From Escherichia coli (lineage in GTDB: Bacteria > Pseudomonadota > Gammaproteobacteria > Enterobacterales > Enterobacteriaceae), in the NCBI RefSeq assembly GCF_050920415.1, contig NZ_CP169309.1: a stretch of DNA of 64,000 nucleotides, one strand, 5' to 3'. The translations under genes and the position numbers were made by a program. Under the pieces are notes generated by a model that was not told where the DNA came from, did no database searches, and worked only from the letters and a program-made list of their open reading frames with translations. The stretch's first letter is position 1. Every line of letters begins with the position of its first letter. Positions 1 through 11,922 of this stretch are shown in pieces.

Positions 1-798
1 TTTACCAGAGAATGCACCACCACCGTGACGTGCCATGCCGCCGTAGGTATCAACGATAATTTTACGACCAGTCAGACCGCAGTCACCCATCGGGCCGCCA
101 ATAACAAAACGACCGGTCGGGTTGATGAAGAATTTGGTGGCAGAAGTCAGCCATTCTGCGGGCAGAATCGGCTTGATGATCTCTTCCATTACCGCTTCTT
201 GCAGCGATTTCTGGTCGATCTCTTCAGAGTGCTGAGTGGAAAGTACTACAGCATCGATACCAACGATTTTGCCGTCGTCATACTGGAAAGTCACCTGGCT
301 TTTCGCGTCCGGGCGCAGCCACGGTAGAGTGCCGTTTTTACGTACTTCAGCCTGACGCTGAACCAGACGGTGTGCATAGGTGATAGGTGCTGGCATCAGC
401 ACGTCGGTTTCATTGGTTGCGTAGCCAAACATCAGACCCTGGTCACCCGCGCCCTGTTCCAGCGGATCGGCACGGTCGACGCCCTGGTTGATGTCAGGAG
501 ACTGTTTGCCGATAGCGCTCAGGACCGCACAGGAGTTAGCGTCAAAGCCCATGTCGGAATGTACATAGCCAATTTCGCGAACGGTGTTACGGGTGATCTC
601 TTCGATGTCTACCCAGGCGCTGGTGGTGATTTCACCGCCAACTAAAACCATGCCGGTTTTTACGTAGGTTTCGCAAGCAACACGTGCTTTCGGATCCTGT
701 TCGAGGATCGCGTCTAAAACGGCATCAGAGATTTGGTCAGCAATTTTGTCAGGATGCCCTTCAGAGACGGACTCGGACGTAAAAAGGTGTTTTGCCAT
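1..798 (-). CDS. metK: S-adenosylmethionine synthetase, N-terminal ~266 codons; 3' end lies beyond window start
   Basis: Reverse complement of 721-798 translates [26 protein letters not shown]; not in ORF track because the gene is truncated by the window edge. Confidence 0.9.
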
Positions 799-838
799 AT
801 TTAATATCACCTAAAGAGAATTTGGTTAGCTCAAACTG

Positions 839-1105
839 TTGTGTGGATTTTCTGTGGTAGCGGATCCTACCACGACTCTGCAGGTTAAAAACACTGGCAG
901 TCTGAGTGTTAATCGGTATGGATGGATTAACATCTGGATGGCTATTTTAGGTCAGTTCTTCACCCAATTTCCACTTTTTTTTGAATCGTGTCTCATTCTG
1001 TTAAAAACGTGGCTGGAAATTTTTCCTGACAATGCTGGCATTCTGCGTATTTATCTTTTGCAATTTTCTGCCATTGTGGGGTATAAAACGCGGCGCGCGG
1101 CTTAA
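839..1105 (+). CDS. yqgD: small hypothetical protein in metK upstream region (position of K-12 yqgD)
   Basis: ORF track 88 aa with non-ATG start; position recalled only; overlaps metK promoter. Confidence 0.25.
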
Positions 1106-1317
1106 ATAAAAAGCACACGACGTTTCTTTCGTGTTGCCACTTCCAGCCGGGTTGAAATCAGAGTTTTGGCTTGTGGGTTCGTCTTAACAGGCGGCCGTGG
1201 AGGTGATACGAAATAATGAACCGTTGTCTGCTGCTTAACCTGTCTCACCGTTCTGGTGAAGATTCGTTCCCCGCACTCTGCATCTCTGCTTTGCATACCT
1301 GCCGATGTTATACCCAT
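1102..1317 (-). CDS. yqgC: small protein YqgC-like (71 aa)
   Basis: ORF track; size and position between metK and speA match recollection of K-12. Confidence 0.4.
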
Positions 1318-1452
1318 CTCGGCGCTTCTCAGGATTCAAGAGCTGGTTACAGTTACTGAGGACTGAACAAGGGCGCTCTTGTAAAAACAAGAGTTTTCTC
1401 GTGGTTTCGCCGAACTGTCACACTTACGTTCGGTTATGTGTTTAATAATGTT

Positions 1453-1584
1453 ATGAAAAAGAAACCGGTTGCGCAGTCGGAGCGTCAGCATACTTTGCTG
1501 GAAAATCCGTGTGCTTATGGGTTGTTATCGCAGTCCCAGGCTGCGATAGTCGTTAACTGTTTTACACTTAATAAAATAATTTGA
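1453..1584 (+). CDS. yqgB: small protein YqgB (43 aa)
   Basis: Manual translation [43 protein letters not shown]; immediately upstream of speA. Confidence 0.5.
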   Translation: MKKKPVAQSERQHTLLENPCAYGLLSQSQAAIVVNCFTLNKII

Positions 1585-1592
1585 GGTTCGCT

Positions 1593-3569
1593 ATGTCTGA
1601 CGACATGTCTATGGGTTTGCCTTCGTCAGCGGGCGAACACGGTGTACTACGCTCCATGCAGGAGGTTGCAATGAGCTCCCAGGAAGCCAGCAAGATGCTG
1701 CGTACTTACAATATTGCCTGGTGGGGCAATAACTATTATGACGTTAACGAGCTGGGCCACATTAGCGTGTGCCCGGACCCGGACGTCCCGGAAGCTCGCG
1801 TCGATCTCGCGCAGTTAGTGAAAACTCGTGAAGCACAGGGTCAGCGTCTGCCTGCACTGTTCTGTTTCCCACAGATCCTGCAGCACCGTTTGCGTTCCAT
1901 TAACGCCGCGTTCAAACGTGCGCGGGAATCCTACGGCTATAACGGCGATTACTTCCTCGTTTATCCGATCAAAGTTAACCAGCACCGCCGCGTGATTGAA
2001 TCCCTGATTCATTCAGGCGAACCGCTGGGCCTGGAAGCCGGTTCCAAAGCTGAGTTGATGGCGGTACTGGCGCATGCTGGCATGACCCGTAGCGTCATCG
2101 TCTGCAATGGTTATAAAGACCGAGAATATATCCGCCTGGCATTAATTGGCGAGAAGATGGGCCATAAGGTCTATCTGGTCATTGAGAAGATGTCAGAAAT
2201 CGCCATTGTGCTGGATGAAGCAGAACGTCTGAATGTCGTTCCTCGTCTGGGCGTGCGCGCGCGTCTGGCGTCTCAAGGTTCTGGCAAATGGCAGTCTTCT
2301 GGCGGGGAAAAATCGAAGTTCGGCCTGGCGGCGACTCAGGTACTGCAACTGGTTGAAACCCTGCGTGAAGCCGGACGTCTCGACAGCCTGCAACTGCTGC
2401 ACTTCCACCTCGGTTCGCAGATGGCGAATATTCGCGATATCGCCACGGGCGTTCGTGAATCCGCGCGTTTCTATGTGGAACTGCACAAGCTGGGCGTCAA
2501 TATTCAGTGCTTTGATGTCGGCGGCGGTCTGGGTGTGGACTATGAAGGTACTCGTTCGCAGTCCGACTGTTCAGTGAATTACGGCCTCAATGAATACGCC
2601 AACAACATCATTTGGGCGATTGGCGATGCGTGTGAAGAAAATGGTCTGCCGCATCCGACAGTAATCACCGAATCAGGTCGTGCGGTGACTGCGCATCACA
2701 CCGTGCTGGTGTCGAATATCATCGGCGTGGAACGTAACGAATACACGATGCCGACCGCGCCAGCAGAAGACGCGCCGCGCGCGCTGCAAAGCATGTGGGA
2801 AACCTGGCAGGAGATGCACGAACCGGGAACTCGCCGTTCTCTGCGTGAGTGGTTACATGACAGCCAGATGGACTTGCACGACATTCATATCGGCTATTCT
2901 TCGGGCACTTACAACCTGCAAGAACGCGCGTGGGCTGAGCAGCTTTATCTGAGCATGTGTCATGAAGTGCAAAAGCAGCTGGATCCGCAAAACCGCGCAC
3001 ATCGCCCGATTATCGACGAATTGCAGGAACGTATGGCGGACAAAATGTACGTCAACTTCTCGCTGTTCCAGTCGATGCCGGACGCATGGGGGATCGACCA
3101 GTTGTTCCCGGTTCTGCCGCTGGAAGGGCTGAATCAAGTTCCGGAGCGGCGCGCCGTGCTGCTGGATATTACCTGTGACTCTGACGGTGCCATCGACCAC
3201 TATATCGATGGTGATGGTATTGCCACGACAATGCCTATGCCGGAGTACGATCCAGAGAATCCGCCGATGCTCGGTTTCTTTATGGTCGGCGCATATCAGG
3301 AGATCCTCGGCAACATGCACAACCTGTTTGGTGATACCGAAGCGGTTGATGTGTTCGTCTTCCCTGACGGTAGCGTAGAAGTGGAACTGTCTGACGAAGG
3401 CGATACCGTGGCGGACATGCTGCAATATGTACAGCTCGATCCGAAAACGCTGTTAACCCAGTTCCGTGATCAAGTGAAGAAAACCGATCTTGATGCTGAA
3501 CTGCAACAACAGTTCCTGGAAGAGTTCGAGGCAGGTTTGTACGGTTATACCTATCTTGAAGATGAATAA
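1593..3569 (+). CDS. speA: biosynthetic arginine decarboxylase (658 aa)
   Basis: ORF 1581-3569; start moved to ATG giving [18 protein letters not shown]. Confidence 0.95.
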   Translation: MSDDMSMGLPSSAGEHGVLRSMQEVAMSSQEASKMLRTYNIAWWGNNYYDVNELGHISVCPDPDVPEARVDLAQLVKTREAQGQRLPALFCFPQILQHRLRSINAAFKRARESYGYNGDYFLVYPIKVNQHRRVIESLIHSGEPLGLEAGSKAELMAVLAHAGMTRSVIVCNGYKDREYIRLALIGEKMGHKVYLVIEKMSEIAIVLDEAERLNVVPRLGVRARLASQGSGKWQSSGGEKSKFGLAATQVLQLVETLREAGRLDSLQLLHFHLGSQMANIRDIATGVRESARFYVELHKLGVNIQCFDVGGGLGVDYEGTRSQSDCSVNYGLNEYANNIIWAIGDACEENGLPHPTVITESGRAVTAHHTVLVSNIIGVERNEYTMPTAPAEDAPRALQSMWETWQEMHEPGTRRSLREWLHDSQMDLHDIHIGYSSGTYNLQERAWAEQLYLSMCHEVQKQLDPQNRAHRPIIDELQERMADKMYVNFSLFQSMPDAWGIDQLFPVLPLEGLNQVPERRAVLLDITCDSDGAIDHYIDGDGIATTMPMPEYDPENPPMLGFFMVGAYQEILGNMHNLFGDTEAVDVFVFPDGSVEVELSDEGDTVADMLQYVQLDPKTLLTQFRDQVKKTDLDAELQQQFLEEFEAGLYGYTYLEDE

Positions 3570-3584
3570 TTAAGATTATTCCGC

Positions 3585-3630
3585 TACCGGGTCGATTTAT
3601 TTACGTAAATCGGCCCGCTTTCTTTTTATA
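3585..3630 (+). terminator. imperfect stem-loop followed by T-rich tract downstream of speA
   Basis: ggtcgattta...taaatcggcc inverted repeat then ctttcttttt. Confidence 0.4.
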
Positions 3631-3714
3631 TATTCTTAAAAATAATTTAGCTGCTTTCCTTATTGAATAATCTCCCTACAATCGCTGCATTAATTAAATG
3701 CAGAGGGAACGGTT

Positions 3715-4446
3715 ATGAAAAAATGGAAAGTACGTAGCGCGTTGGTGGCATTAGTCGTGCTGCTGGCCGGTTGTTCCAGTAATGCGCAGTATAATAGCAG
3801 TGCATCGGGCAATGTCGGCACCGCCTGGGGTGGGGATGTGCACTCAACGGTACAGGGCGTAACTGCTGAACGAGCCTGGCGCGATCCGGCAGAGATGATC
3901 GTTATTAGTTATTCGACTAATGTTCCTTCCGGCTACGACCGCGTTTATAGCATTCGTATTAACGAACTTGAATATGCTATTCGCGATGGTAATTTTAATT
4001 CTCTACCTATTACGCGGGTTTATAATTCATCAGGTAAAGAACTACGCTATATAGTCCATGCCAGAGTAGGAATGAATTACCAATTATATGTCCGCAATTA
4101 CAGTCGTAACACCAACTACGAGATCGTTGCGACAGTTGATGGTCTGGATGTTCTCAATGGTAAACAAGGTTCCCTGAATAACAACGGCTATATTGTGAAT
4201 GCCGGGGATTCGTTGGCGATTAAAGGATTCCGCAAAGATAAACATACCGAAGCGGCTTTTCAGTTCGCCAACGTTGCGGATTCCTACGCAGCCAATTCGG
4301 CGCAAGGCGATGTGCGTAATACCGGTGTAATCGGCTTTGCCGCCTTTGAATTACAAGGCCCGGCGCAAAATGCGCTGCCACCGTGCTCTGGACAAGCGTT
4401 TCCGGCGGACAACAATGGCTATGCGCCGCCACCGTGTCGGAAATAG
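3715..4446 (+). CDS. hypothetical lipoprotein (243 aa)
   Basis: ORF track; N-terminal signal peptide MKKWKVRSALVALVVLLAGCSS with LAGC lipobox; slightly AT-biased codons; bracketed by terminator-like hairpins. Confidence 0.7.
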   Translation: MKKWKVRSALVALVVLLAGCSSNAQYNSSASGNVGTAWGGDVHSTVQGVTAERAWRDPAEMIVISYSTNVPSGYDRVYSIRINELEYAIRDGNFNSLPITRVYNSSGKELRYIVHARVGMNYQLYVRNYSRNTNYEIVATVDGLDVLNGKQGSLNNNGYIVNAGDSLAIKGFRKDKHTEAAFQFANVADSYAANSAQGDVRNTGVIGFAAFELQGPAQNALPPCSGQAFPADNNGYAPPPCRK

Positions 4447-4512
4447 TAACCTCGCTTGATGCCTCGCCCATTTAAGGCGATAATTAGCACAAAATTGTGT
4501 TTCGCAAATCCA

Positions 4513-4553
4513 ACCCTTCCTCGTCGGGCCTAACGACGCGGAAGGGTTTTTTT
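4513..4553 (+). terminator. rho-independent terminator after lipoprotein gene
   Basis: cccttcc-tcgtcg...cgacg-ggaaggg stem followed by TTTTTTT. Confidence 0.6.
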
Positions 4554-4581
4554 ATATCGACTTTGTAATAGGAGTCCATCC

Positions 4582-5502
4582 ATGAGCACCTTAGGTCATC
4601 AATACGATAACTCACTGGTTTCCAACGCCTTTGGTTTTTTACGCCTGCCGATGAACTTCCAGCCGTATGACAGCGATGCTGACTGGGTAATTACCGGCGT
4701 GCCGTTCGATATGGCTACTTCCGGTCGTGCGGGTGGACGCCACGGTCCGGCGGCGATCCGTCAGGTTTCAACAAATCTGGCCTGGGAACACAACCGCTTC
4801 CCGTGGAATTTCGACATGCGCGAGCGTCTGAACGTGGTGGACTGCGGCGATCTGGTGTATGCCTTCGGCGATGCTCGTGAGATGAGCGAGAAGCTGCAGG
4901 CGCATGCCGAAAAGCTGCTGGCTGCCGGTAAGCGTATGCTCTCCTTCGGTGGTGACCACTTTGTTACCCTGCCGCTGCTGCGTGCTCATGCGAAGCATTT
5001 CGGCAAAATGGCGCTGGTACACTTTGACGCCCACACCGATACCTATGCGAACGGTTGTGAATTTGACCACGGCACTATGTTCTATACCGCGCCGAAAGAA
5101 GGTCTGATCGACCCGAATCACTCCGTACAGATTGGTATTCGTACCGAGTTTGATAAAGACAACGGCTTTACCGTACTGGACGCCTGCCAGGTGAACGATC
5201 GCAGCGTGGATGACGTTATCGCCCAGGTGAAACAGATTGTAGGTGATATGCCAGTTTACCTGACCTTTGATATCGACTGCCTGGATCCTGCTTTCGCGCC
5301 GGGAACGGGTACACCGGTGATTGGCGGTCTGACCTCCGATCGCGCCATTAAACTGGTACGCGGCCTGAAAGATCTCAACATCGTTGGGATGGACGTAGTG
5401 GAAGTGGCTCCGGCATACGATCAGTCGGAAATCACCGCTCTGGCAGCAGCGACGCTGGCGCTGGAGATGCTGTATATTCAGGCGGCGAAAAAGGGCGAGT
5501 AA
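4582..5502 (+). CDS. speB: agmatinase (306 aa)
   Basis: ORF track; arginase-family protein at expected position after speA. Confidence 0.95.
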   Translation: MSTLGHQYDNSLVSNAFGFLRLPMNFQPYDSDADWVITGVPFDMATSGRAGGRHGPAAIRQVSTNLAWEHNRFPWNFDMRERLNVVDCGDLVYAFGDAREMSEKLQAHAEKLLAAGKRMLSFGGDHFVTLPLLRAHAKHFGKMALVHFDAHTDTYANGCEFDHGTMFYTAPKEGLIDPNHSVQIGIRTEFDKDNGFTVLDACQVNDRSVDDVIAQVKQIVGDMPVYLTFDIDCLDPAFAPGTGTPVIGGLTSDRAIKLVRGLKDLNIVGMDVVEVAPAYDQSEITALAAATLALEMLYIQAAKKGE

Positions 5503-5511
5503 GCGCCAGAT

Positions 5512-5628
5512 GCGATGTCGCCCGTAGGCCGGATAAGATGCGTCAGCATCGCATCCGGCATTGCGGACAGGGTAACAAATGTGCCATTCAAGTCAGATGC
5601 GGCGTGAACGCCTTATCTGACCTACGTT
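5512..5628. repeat. BIME: two REP (palindromic unit) copies in opposite orientation
   Basis: gtaggccggataag...gcatccggc and gtcagatgcggcgtgaacgccttatctgacctac. Confidence 0.7.
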
Positions 5629-5643
5629 CGGCACCACCAGGCT

Positions 5644-6402
5644 TTACTTAACCCCATCCGCGCTCATACGATCGCGAATATGCTGGGCGCGTTCGGCGGA
5701 TGCCGGATGGTCGTCAAACATTGAGCTTTGGCGGCCTTCTTCCAGTTTCGCCAGTTTTTCAAAGCTGGTGGCAAGACCAGCCGGGCTGATGCCGCGTTGG
5801 CGCAGAAGATCGTAAGAATAATCATCGGCTTCTGCTTCCTGGCGCTGGGAGAATTGCGAATTGACTAATTTCTCGCCCAGATCACCAAGTTGCGATTGCG
5901 ATAAACTGCCGACAATCCCGCCCGCAGAGGCTGCCGCGACTCTCACGGCGTTGGTACCTAATGCAACTTGCATCCCTTTCTTCACATGGCCTAACGCGAC
6001 GTGCCCCATTTCGTGACCGATCACCGCTTCGACTTCGTTATCCGTCATCATATCCATCAGCCCGCTATAGACGCGGATACAGCCGTTTGCCATCGCAAAA
6101 GCATTCACATCCTTCGCCATATACACTTTGTAATTCACCGGCTGACCGTTGATATTGTTGCCTAGCGCATTGGCAATAGTTGTCAGACGTTTAGCGTATT
6201 CGCTATTGGCTGGCGCAATCGTCGCCTTGCTGTCCATCTCCTGACATGCCTGATCGCTCAGGGCTTTCACCTGCGCATCACTCAAACTGTAAGCCTGAAA
6301 AGCTTCCGCTCCTGATGAGAGCAGTCCGTTGGAGTCCATATTCTGGCAACCGGTCAGTACCGTTGCCACGCTCATTACTACCAATAAGGCGCGAATTTTC
6401 AT
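5644..6402 (-). CDS. loiP: M48-family metalloprotease lipoprotein LoiP/YggG (252 aa)
   Basis: ORF 5644-6636 trimmed to ATG giving MKIRALLVVMSVATVLTGC (lipobox); HEMGH zinc motif present. Confidence 0.9.
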   Translation of the reverse strand: MKIRALLVVMSVATVLTGCQNMDSNGLLSSGAEAFQAYSLSDAQVKALSDQACQEMDSKATIAPANSEYAKRLTTIANALGNNINGQPVNYKVYMAKDVNAFAMANGCIRVYSGLMDMMTDNEVEAVIGHEMGHVALGHVKKGMQVALGTNAVRVAAASAGGIVGSLSQSQLGDLGEKLVNSQFSQRQEAEADDYSYDLLRQRGISPAGLATSFEKLAKLEEGRQSSMFDDHPASAERAQHIRDRMSADGVK

Positions 6403-6678
6403 GTTTTCTCTTCCGCACAAGGTCAGGATTATTCTAAAAATGCGCCGTTTGCAGGTGAATCGACGCTCAGTCTCAGTATAAGGAAAAGCGCAGCGGACGG
6501 GCGAGCGTTTGCGCAACATGCGAGCATGATCCAGAGATTTCTGAAGCGGCAAAAGGATGTTCCATGTACATGACGCGCGGCTTGCGGTAAATTGTTGGCA
6601 AATTTTCCGGCGTAGCCCAAAACGCGCTGTCGTCAAGTCGTTAAGGGCGTGCCCTTCATCATCCGATCTGGAGTCAAA

Positions 6679-8670
6679 ATGTCCTCACGTAAAGAGCTTG
6701 CCAATGCTATTCGTGCGCTGAGCATGGACGCAGTACAGAAAGCCAAATCCGGTCACCCGGGTGCCCCTATGGGTATGGCTGACATTGCCGAAGTCCTGTG
6801 GCGTGATTTCCTGAAACACAACCCGCAGAATCCGTCTTGGGCTGACCGTGACCGCTTCGTGCTGTCCAACGGCCACGGCTCCATGCTGATCTACAGCCTG
6901 CTGCACCTCACCGGTTACGATCTGCCGATGGAAGAACTGAAAAACTTCCGTCAACTGCATTCCAAAACTCCGGGCCACCCGGAAGTGGGTTACACCGCTG
7001 GTGTGGAAACCACTACAGGTCCGCTGGGTCAGGGTATTGCCAATGCAGTCGGTATGGCGATTGCAGAAAAAACGCTGGCGGCGCAGTTTAACCGTCCGGG
7101 CCACGACATCGTCGACCACTACACCTACGCCTTCATGGGCGACGGCTGCATGATGGAAGGCATCTCCCATGAAGTTTGCTCTCTGGCGGGTACGCTGAAG
7201 CTGGGTAAACTGATTGCGTTCTACGATGACAACGGTATCTCTATCGATGGTCACGTTGAAGGCTGGTTCACCGACGACACCGCAATGCGTTTCGAAGCTT
7301 ACGGCTGGCACGTTATTCGCGGCATCGACGGTCATGACGCGGCATCCATCAAACGCGCAGTAGAAGAAGCGCGCGCAGTGACTGACAAACCGTCCCTGCT
7401 GATGTGCAAAACCATCATCGGTTTCGGTTCACCGAACAAAGCCGGTACGCACGACTCCCACGGTGCGCCGCTGGGCGACGCTGAAATTGCCCTGACCCGC
7501 GAACAGCTGGGCTGGAAATATGCACCGTTCGAAATCCCGTCTGAAATCTATGCTCAGTGGGATGCGAAAGAAGCAGGCCAGGCGAAAGAATCCGCATGGA
7601 ACGAGAAATTCGCTGCTTACGCCAAAGCTTATCCGCAGGAAGCCGCTGAATTTACCCGCCGTATGAAAGGCGAAATGCCGTCTGACTTCGATGCCAAAGC
7701 GAAAGAATTCATCGCTAAACTGCAGGCTAATCCGGCGAAAATCGCCAGCCGTAAAGCGTCTCAGAATGCGATTGAAGCGTTCGGCCCGCTGTTGCCGGAA
7801 TTCCTCGGTGGCTCTGCTGACCTGGCACCGTCTAACCTGACCCTGTGGTCTGGTTCTAAAGCAATCAACGAAGATGCTGCGGGTAACTACATCCACTACG
7901 GTGTTCGCGAGTTCGGTATGACCGCGATTGCTAACGGTATCTCCCTGCACGGTGGCTTCCTGCCGTACACCTCCACCTTCCTGATGTTCGTGGAATACGC
8001 ACGTAATGCCGTACGTATGGCTGCGCTGATGAAACAGCGTCAGGTGATGGTTTACACCCACGACTCCATCGGTCTGGGCGAAGATGGCCCGACTCACCAG
8101 CCGGTAGAGCAGGTCGCTTCTCTGCGCGTGACCCCGAACATGTCTACATGGCGTCCGTGTGACCAGGTTGAATCTGCAGTAGCGTGGAAATACGGCGTTG
8201 AGCGTCAGGACGGCCCGACTGCGCTTATCCTCTCCCGTCAGAATCTGGCGCAGCAGGAACGTACCGAAGAGCAGCTGGCAAACATCGCGCGCGGTGGTTA
8301 TGTGCTGAAAGACTGTGCCGGTCAGCCGGAACTGATCTTCATCGCTACCGGTTCTGAAGTTGAACTGGCGGTTGCTGCCTACGAAAAACTGACTGCCGAA
8401 GGCGTGAAAGCGCGCGTGGTTTCCATGCCATCTACTGACGCATTCGACAAGCAGGACGCGGCTTACCGTGAATCCGTACTGCCGAAAGCGGTTACTGCAC
8501 GCGTTGCTGTGGAAGCGGGCATTGCTGACTACTGGTACAAGTATGTTGGCCTGAACGGTGCCATCATCGGTATGAATACCTTCGGTGAATCTGCACCGGC
8601 AGAGCAGTTGTTCGAAGAGTTCGGCTTCACCGTTGACAACGTTGTTGCGAAAGCAAAAGAACTGCTGTAA
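6679..8670 (+). CDS. tktA: transketolase 1 (663 aa)
   Basis: ORF 6649-8670; start moved to ATG giving [19 protein letters not shown]. Confidence 0.95.
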   Translation: MSSRKELANAIRALSMDAVQKAKSGHPGAPMGMADIAEVLWRDFLKHNPQNPSWADRDRFVLSNGHGSMLIYSLLHLTGYDLPMEELKNFRQLHSKTPGHPEVGYTAGVETTTGPLGQGIANAVGMAIAEKTLAAQFNRPGHDIVDHYTYAFMGDGCMMEGISHEVCSLAGTLKLGKLIAFYDDNGISIDGHVEGWFTDDTAMRFEAYGWHVIRGIDGHDAASIKRAVEEARAVTDKPSLLMCKTIIGFGSPNKAGTHDSHGAPLGDAEIALTREQLGWKYAPFEIPSEIYAQWDAKEAGQAKESAWNEKFAAYAKAYPQEAAEFTRRMKGEMPSDFDAKAKEFIAKLQANPAKIASRKASQNAIEAFGPLLPEFLGGSADLAPSNLTLWSGSKAINEDAAGNYIHYGVREFGMTAIANGISLHGGFLPYTSTFLMFVEYARNAVRMAALMKQRQVMVYTHDSIGLGEDGPTHQPVEQVASLRVTPNMSTWRPCDQVESAVAWKYGVERQDGPTALILSRQNLAQQERTEEQLANIARGGYVLKDCAGQPELIFIATGSEVELAVAAYEKLTAEGVKARVVSMPSTDAFDKQDAAYRESVLPKAVTARVAVEAGIADYWYKYVGLNGAIIGMNTFGESAPAEQLFEEFGFTVDNVVAKAKELL

Positions 8671-8690
8671 TCGGTAAGATGCTTTGTGAG

Positions 8691-8710
8691 AAGGGCCGCG
8701 AAAGCGGCCC
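8691..8710 (+). repeat. GC-rich hairpin aagggccgcgaaagcggccc, copy 1 (identical copy at 10144-10163)
   Basis: Perfect 8-bp stem with GAAA loop just after tktA stop; no T run after this copy. Confidence 0.5.
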
Positions 8711-8741
8711 TTCAGATTATTGGCAAAGTGCGCGTTGTTCA

Positions 8742-8776
<35 letters not shown>

Positions 8777-8810
8777 AAGATCGTGCAAATTCAATATATT
8801 GCAGGAAGTA

Positions 8811-8841
<31 letters not shown>

Positions 8842-8871
8842 TCTACCCCGGTTTCCCAGATTGCAGGCATG

Positions 8872-10119
<1,248 letters not shown>

Positions 10120-10143
10120 AGTTTTGCCTTTGCTATCAGTCTC

Positions 10144-10170
10144 AAGGGCCGCGAAAGCGGCCCTTTTTTA
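10144..10170 (+). terminator. hairpin aagggccgcgaaagcggccc + T run (copy 2 of the tktA-proximal hairpin)
   Basis: Identical stem-loop to 8691-8710, here followed by TTTTTT; overlaps stop codon of the convergent SPFH gene. Confidence 0.5.
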
Positions 10171-11076
10171 CTTAGTAGAGATAAACGGAACTGTACTGCC
10201 GGGGATCATGGTATCGGGTAGCTTACCGTCCCAACGCTCAGCAGTGGTGAGGGCAACAAGTCCGGGATTATCCCGCAGAGCTTCACCGCGCAGGCGGATC
10301 GCTTCTGCTTCAGCCGCACTTTTTAAACGAATAGTTTCAGCCTCTGCCGCGCCTCTTACGCGAATAGTCTCAGCTTCTGCTTTGGCTGCCGCTAGTTTAC
10401 TGTCTGCTTCTGCCTGGGCCTGAGTTACCGCTATTTGCGCCTGGATTTTCTCTGTTTCCAGATTTTGCTTACGTGTGGCAATGGCGACTTCTGCTTTCAT
10501 TCGATCTTCAATCGATTTTTCATAAGCGTCAGAAAAATCAATATTTTCAATCTGGACACCATCAATCACCACCGGGCCAACAACGGCTTTACGCATTGCA
10601 TTTTGCAGATCCTGAACCAGTTTTGTACGATCCTGTACCGCGCTGATGGCGGTATATTGGCCGAAAACGTTCTCCAGTTGAGTTGGCAACTGACGGACAA
10701 TCAGACGATCTTTTAATGCTTCAATGGTGTTGTAGGTGGTATAAACCGCGCCTGCTTCTGAAGGTTTAATGTGGAAGCTGACTGATACTGTCATTTGTGC
10801 CGGTTGCTGGTCGCGGCTGTAGGCCTGTAATCCCTGATAAACCACAGCCTGATTACGCGTGGAAATTTTCTCTACGCTTTCCATAAAAGGGATCTTAAAA
10901 CCCAGACCCGGCTCGGCAACTTTTACGATTTTTCCGTAGCGCAGCAAAATGCCGCGTTCACCTTCATTAACGGTGTAATACGAGAGAAATGGCAGCACAA
11001 CCACGGTAAGCACGCCAATGGCGATAGCAATAGATTTTTGTGGGCGAAATGAGGTTATTGAAACAGGCGCTTTCAT
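10168..11076 (-). CDS. SPFH/band-7 (prohibitin/HflC-like) membrane protein (302 aa)
   Basis: ORF track; N-terminal hydrophobic segment, band-7 core, Ala/Glu-rich coiled-coil C-terminus; AT-rich 375-bp upstream region. Confidence 0.8.
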   Translation of the reverse strand: MKAPVSITSFRPQKSIAIAIGVLTVVVLPFLSYYTVNEGERGILLRYGKIVKVAEPGLGFKIPFMESVEKISTRNQAVVYQGLQAYSRDQQPAQMTVSVSFHIKPSEAGAVYTTYNTIEALKDRLIVRQLPTQLENVFGQYTAISAVQDRTKLVQDLQNAMRKAVVGPVVIDGVQIENIDFSDAYEKSIEDRMKAEVAIATRKQNLETEKIQAQIAVTQAQAEADSKLAAAKAEAETIRVRGAAEAETIRLKSAAEAEAIRLRGEALRDNPGLVALTTAERWDGKLPDTMIPGSTVPFISTK

Positions 11077-11451
11077 GAGAATCTTCCTTGAGTAAAGTGT
11101 GGGAATATGTCACATGAGGTGAGGAGAAAACAGCCAACAGGTGAGAATTCAGAATCTATAAAGGGGGAGAGCGAAAAACATCGGCTAAAAAAGTATGTTT
11201 TCGAACATTCAATAGATAAATAGAGATATGCATCACAAATACATAGGCAGATAAAACATTGGTTTTGTGATAAACATAACAAACACAAACTTGACTTTAT
11301 AAGTATAAATTTCATGTTGTTGTTATTTAACATTTTATTATTTTGGTTCATGTTTTTTTTCTTCTCGCGTGCCCAATTGCTTTCATTAAATCGCACGAGT
11401 ATTTTATTTTTACCGCCGGACGGTACCCTAAAAATAAAATAAGGATAATTT

Positions 11452-11895
11452 ATGCGGCTTATTGATTATTTTCCAGAATCATCAATCTCAGTTATACATT
11501 CAGCAAAAGATTGGCAGGAAGCTATCAATTTCTCGATGGCATCATTGCTGGATAAAAACTATATCAGCGAGAATTACATTCAGGCTATTAAAGATTCCAC
11601 CATTAACAATGGCCCTTATTATATTCTCGCACCAGGCGTGGCAATGCCTCATGCGCGACCGGAATGTGGGGCGCTTAAAACCGGGATGTCTTTGACGTTA
11701 CTTAAACAAGACGTTTATTTTCCGGGGAATGACGAACCGATTAAATTACTTATCGGTCTTTCTGCTGCTGATGCCGATTCGCACATTGGCGCTATTCAGG
11801 CGTTAAGTGAATTGCTGTGCGAAGAAGAAATACTTGAACAACTCTTAACTGCAACATCAGAAAAACAATTAGCGGACATTATCAGCCGCGAATAA
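11452..11895 (+). CDS. cmtB: PTS mannitol-type EIIA component (cryptic) (147 aa)
   Basis: ORF track; PTS EIIA-2 family. Confidence 0.85.
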   Translation: MRLIDYFPESSISVIHSAKDWQEAINFSMASLLDKNYISENYIQAIKDSTINNGPYYILAPGVAMPHARPECGALKTGMSLTLLKQDVYFPGNDEPIKLLIGLSAADADSHIGAIQALSELLCEEEILEQLLTATSEKQLADIISRE

Positions 11896-11922
11896 TGACT
11901 CTCTCCTCTACAGGATAATATT

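Noticed and set aside
800-1100. MetJ operator boxes in the metK upstream region
   Set aside because: Only degenerate matches to AGACGTCT could be seen by eye (e.g. agatgtta); not confident without a matrix scan
1581-1592. TTG start for speA giving 662 aa
   Set aside because: ATG at 1593 gives the canonical [10 protein letters not shown]-terminus; the TTG extension overlaps the yqgB stop
11077-11451. Long AT-rich intergenic region as a possible CRISPR leader or RNA gene
   Set aside because: No direct repeats or stable conserved structure seen; more likely a promoter/H-NS-bound region for cmtBA and the divergent SPFH gene
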